Shown: one piece after another, positions 61,148 to 64,000 of the stretch
Position numbering within the stretch: position 1 is the stretch's first letter
How the letters are laid out: each line of letters starts with the position of its first letter
NCBI GenBank assembly: GCA_965226495.1
Contig: OZ245365.1
Coordinates: 3,776,001-3,840,000, forward strand
Direction of reading: 5' to 3'
Length of the DNA: 64,000 nucleotides
Source of the DNA: Candidatus Marinacidobacterales bacterium
Lineage (GTDB): Bacteria; Acidobacteriota; Vicinamibacteria; Marinacidobacterales; DATDRI01
The notes under the pieces: generated by a model
Told to the model about the DNA's origin: nothing
Databases searched by the model: none
Seen by the model: only the letters and a program-made list of their open reading frames with translations
Translations under genes and position numbers: made by a program

Positions 61148-63283
61148 ATGAAAGCCAAGTTGACCAACAAGGAAGTCAGCTGGCTTTCGTTCAACGCCAG
61201 AGTGCTTCAAGAAGCGGCCGATCCCAGCGTCCCACTCCTCGAGCGTCTGAAGTTCCTGGGTATTTTTTCCTCGAACATGGACGAGTTCTTTCGCGTTCGT
61301 GTGGCAACGCTTCGCCGCCTTTCCGACATCGGGAAGAAATTCAAGAAAATCGTTGGGCATGATCCGAAGAAAATCCTCAAGAGGATCGGAGAAATATCGG
61401 TCGCCCAGTACAAGCTGTTCGATTCTGTTTACGAGGAGATCCTCAGAGGGCTGGCGAAAGAGAGGATCTTCATCATTGACGAGAAACAACTCACCACCGA
61501 GCAGGGAGAGTTCGTCACATCCTATTTTCGGCGCGAGGTTCGTCCCCACCTCATGCCGATCATGCTAGACCAAACCTCCACTTTCCCTAATTTGCGCGAC
61601 GACGCCATCTATCTCGCGATTTGCTTCCCCAAGGACCAAAAGACGTCGAAGAACCGATACGCCCTGATCGAAGTCCCCAGCAAGGGAGTTTCCCGGTTCT
61701 TGTTGCTTCCGCCGATCGACGGAGCTCAATACATCGTCTTACTCGACGACATCGTCCGCTACTGCCTGCCGGATATCTTCTCCCTGTTCTCTTTGTCCGG
61801 TGTCCCGAACTTCGAGGCCTACACGGTGAAGGTGACTCGCGACGCGGAGCTCGACATAGACAACGATCTCACGGAAAGCTACGCGAGGAAGGTATCCAAG
61901 AGCGTCAAGCAAAGGAAACAGGGTAATCCGGTTCGGTTCGTCTACGATGCGAACATATCCGAACCACTCCTCGAGTTCTTGACCAAGAAACTTCGGCTCA
62001 CCAAGGACGACACTCGAATACCCGGCTCGAAGTATCACAACTTCGAAGACTTCGTGAACTTCCCCAAGGTCGGGTCAAGCAGTTTGCGATACGAGCCCAG
62101 AATCCCTGTTCCCGTGAAACGCCTCGAACCGGGGAAAAGCGTCCTCGCCGCCATTGCCAAGAACGACATTTTGCTCCACTTCGCGTACCAGTCGTTCGAC
62201 CACGTCCTCGCTTTGCTAAGAGAAGCCGCCATCGACCCCAATGTGACCTCTATCAAGATCTCCCTGTACCGCATTGCGCGGGACTCCGGTGTGGTGAGCG
62301 CCCTCATCAATGCCGTTCGCAACGGTAAGAAAGTCACGGCGGTGGTAGAGCTTCAGGCTCGGTTCGACGAAGAGGCTAACATCCTCCTCTCCACCAAACT
62401 TCAGGAGGAGGGGGTGCGAGTCATCTCTGGCGTACCTGGATTGAAGGTTCACGGAAAGTTGTGCCTCATCGCAAGGAAACAGAAACGTTCACAAGTCCTC
62501 TATGCATGTCTCGGCACGGGAAACTTCAACGAAGATACCAGTTCCATCTACGGCGATCACTGCTTGCTCACTTCGGACGAGCGATTGACCAAGGAGGTCG
62601 CCTCGGTGTTCGACTTTTTCGAGAACAAGTATCGGTTCGGTGATTACAAGCACCTCCTGGTTTCCCCTTTCAACGCGCGGAAGAAATTCGCCAAGCTGAT
62701 CCGAACCGAGATCCGAAATGCTCGGAAGGGCAAGGAATCGTACATCATCGCAAAACTGAACAACCTGGCGGATCCGGAGATCATACGGCTGCTCTATCAG
62801 GCCAGCGGCGCGGGCGTCAAAGTGCAATTGAACGTAAGAGGCATGTTCTCTCTGGTGCCCGGAATCCCTGGGCTCAGTGAGAATATCGAGGCGATAGGCA
62901 TTGTCGATCGATTCTTAGAACACTCTCGCATGATGGTGTTCTGTAATGGCGGATCCCCGAAATACTTTCTATCCTCCACCGATTGGATGACGAGAAACCT
63001 GGATGGACGCGTCGAAGTCACGTTTCCCATCTACGATGCGTCGCTTCAAGAAGAGATTCGATCTTTCTTGGACATTCAGTGGAAGGACAACGTGAAGGCG
63101 AGGCTCCTCGACGAAAAACTGAGCAACACGTACCGCGAGGCTACCTCACCAGGAAGAATCCGCGCCCAGGTCGACTTCTATGACTTACTGATGAATCTCT
63201 ACCGAGAAGAAGAAAGAAAGCCCGGCCAGCCCAGCCCGCTGAGTAAGCTCGCCCAGTTCCCCCGCACGGCGTCATCCTCCTGA
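61148..63283 (+). CDS. ppk1: Polyphosphate kinase 1
   Basis: SWLSFN.RVL.EA, LERL.FL.IFSSN.DEFF.VRVA, TRDA, D.LLH..Y.SF, VEL.ARFDEE.N, KVHGK, GTGNFN, DRFLEHSR, D.M.RNL..RVE. Confidence 0.96.
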   Translation: MKAKLTNKEVSWLSFNARVLQEAADPSVPLLERLKFLGIFSSNMDEFFRVRVATLRRLSDIGKKFKKIVGHDPKKILKRIGEISVAQYKLFDSVYEEILRGLAKERIFIIDEKQLTTEQGEFVTSYFRREVRPHLMPIMLDQTSTFPNLRDDAIYLAICFPKDQKTSKNRYALIEVPSKGVSRFLLLPPIDGAQYIVLLDDIVRYCLPDIFSLFSLSGVPNFEAYTVKVTRDAELDIDNDLTESYARKVSKSVKQRKQGNPVRFVYDANISEPLLEFLTKKLRLTKDDTRIPGSKYHNFEDFVNFPKVGSSSLRYEPRIPVPVKRLEPGKSVLAAIAKNDILLHFAYQSFDHVLALLREAAIDPNVTSIKISLYRIARDSGVVSALINAVRNGKKVTAVVELQARFDEEANILLSTKLQEEGVRVISGVPGLKVHGKLCLIARKQKRSQVLYACLGTGNFNEDTSSIYGDHCLLTSDERLTKEVASVFDFFENKYRFGDYKHLLVSPFNARKKFAKLIRTEIRNARKGKESYIIAKLNNLADPEIIRLLYQASGAGVKVQLNVRGMFSLVPGIPGLSENIEAIGIVDRFLEHSRMMVFCNGGSPKYFLSSTDWMTRNLDGRVEVTFPIYDASLQEEIRSFLDIQWKDNVKARLLDEKLSNTYREATSPGRIRAQVDFYDLLMNLYREEERKPGQPSPLSKLAQFPRTASSS

Positions 63284-63296
63284 GTGGGCAGCGTTC

Positions 63297-64000
63297 GTGA
63301 CGAAACTCCCACCCCAGCTCGCGGATCGGCAACCCGAGGAAGTTTCTCGCGTGCTCGCTCTGTCCTTGATCGAGGAAGCTGCCGCGGCTCTGGAGCGGAT
63401 GGGAAACCCCGAAGACGACGAGGCCCTACACGATTTCCGGGTCGGGCTGCGTAGACTTCGGAGTGCTATCCGGGCTTACCGCCCATACCTAAAGGATAGC
63501 GTTCCCAAGAAAACGCGTAAGGAGCTTCGGTTGCTCACCGCATCTACCAACGCCGCACGCGACATGGAGGTTCAACTTGCCTGGGTCCGTGCTCAGCGAG
63601 ATCGGCTAAACGAGACCGAGACCGCCGGACTTCGCTGGTTGGCCGAGAGATTGGAACCACACGACGAGGACAACCGTGAGGAGCAACTCCGAAGGCTGAA
63701 CCAAGACTTCAATGGGATTCGCAAGTCTCTAAGGAAAAGACTTTCTTTTTGGAAGGTGCGACTCGACGTCACCGATCAGGACAAGAGCGCTTCGTTCCGA
63801 AAAGTGACGGCTGACATCTTGCAGGAGCAACTGGCAACGTTGGTCGCACAACTCGACGCCATCCACGCGCCCGAGGACAACCCGCAAACTCATTCGGCCA
63901 GAATCAGCGCGAAACGACTCCGTTACTTGCTGGAACCACTCGGCCGGGCCGTTCCCGGGACAAGAGCTCTCGTAAAACAGTTCAAGGGGCTTCAGGACGT
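63297..64000 (+). CDS. CHAD-domain (polyphosphate-binding) protein; runs off the window end
   Basis: Manual translation from GTG 63297 gives EALHDFRVGLRRLRS, ARDMEV, H.ARI.AKRLRY.LE, K.LQD; follows ppk1. Confidence 0.88.
   Translation, partial: MTKLPPQLADRQPEEVSRVLALSLIEEAAAALERMGNPEDDEALHDFRVGLRRLRSAIRAYRPYLKDSVPKKTRKELRLLTASTNAARDMEVQLAWVRAQRDRLNETETAGLRWLAERLEPHDEDNREEQLRRLNQDFNGIRKSLRKRLSFWKVRLDVTDQDKSASFRKVTADILQEQLATLVAQLDAIHAPEDNPQTHSARISAKRLRYLLEPLGRAVPGTRALVKQFKGLQD

Overview
A GC-rich bacterial chromosomal segment. The gene content (Ser/Thr kinase-TolB fusion, carboxypeptidase-domain TonB receptor, PQQ-like propeller, DUF4388-TPR protein) suggests Acidobacteriota, probably Vicinamibacteria-like; this is inference only. 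It holds about 40 intact CDSs, including a GH3/beta-lactamase fusion, msrA, addBA, phoD, a coenzyme F420 cluster (cofG-cofH-cofD-cofC plus an LLM oxidoreductase, no cofE), a second Mer-like LLM enzyme, a di-heme peroxidase, a guaB-like gene lacking IMPDH-specific residues, pilT, a kinase/PP2C pair, ppk1 and a CHAD gene. A ~5 kb insert (integrase remnant, ISCR/IS91-like element with oriIS, PQQ-like gene, HNH fragment) lies between direct copies of the LLM gene 3' end, and several genes are decayed. The most striking unexplained signal is a ~165 nt multi-hairpin dispersed repeat present in three copies. Its stems show compensatory base changes, and both full copies begin right after a TAA stop codon. 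No rRNA, tRNA or CRISPR array was recognised. All calls come from motif recognition by eye; no database searches were run.
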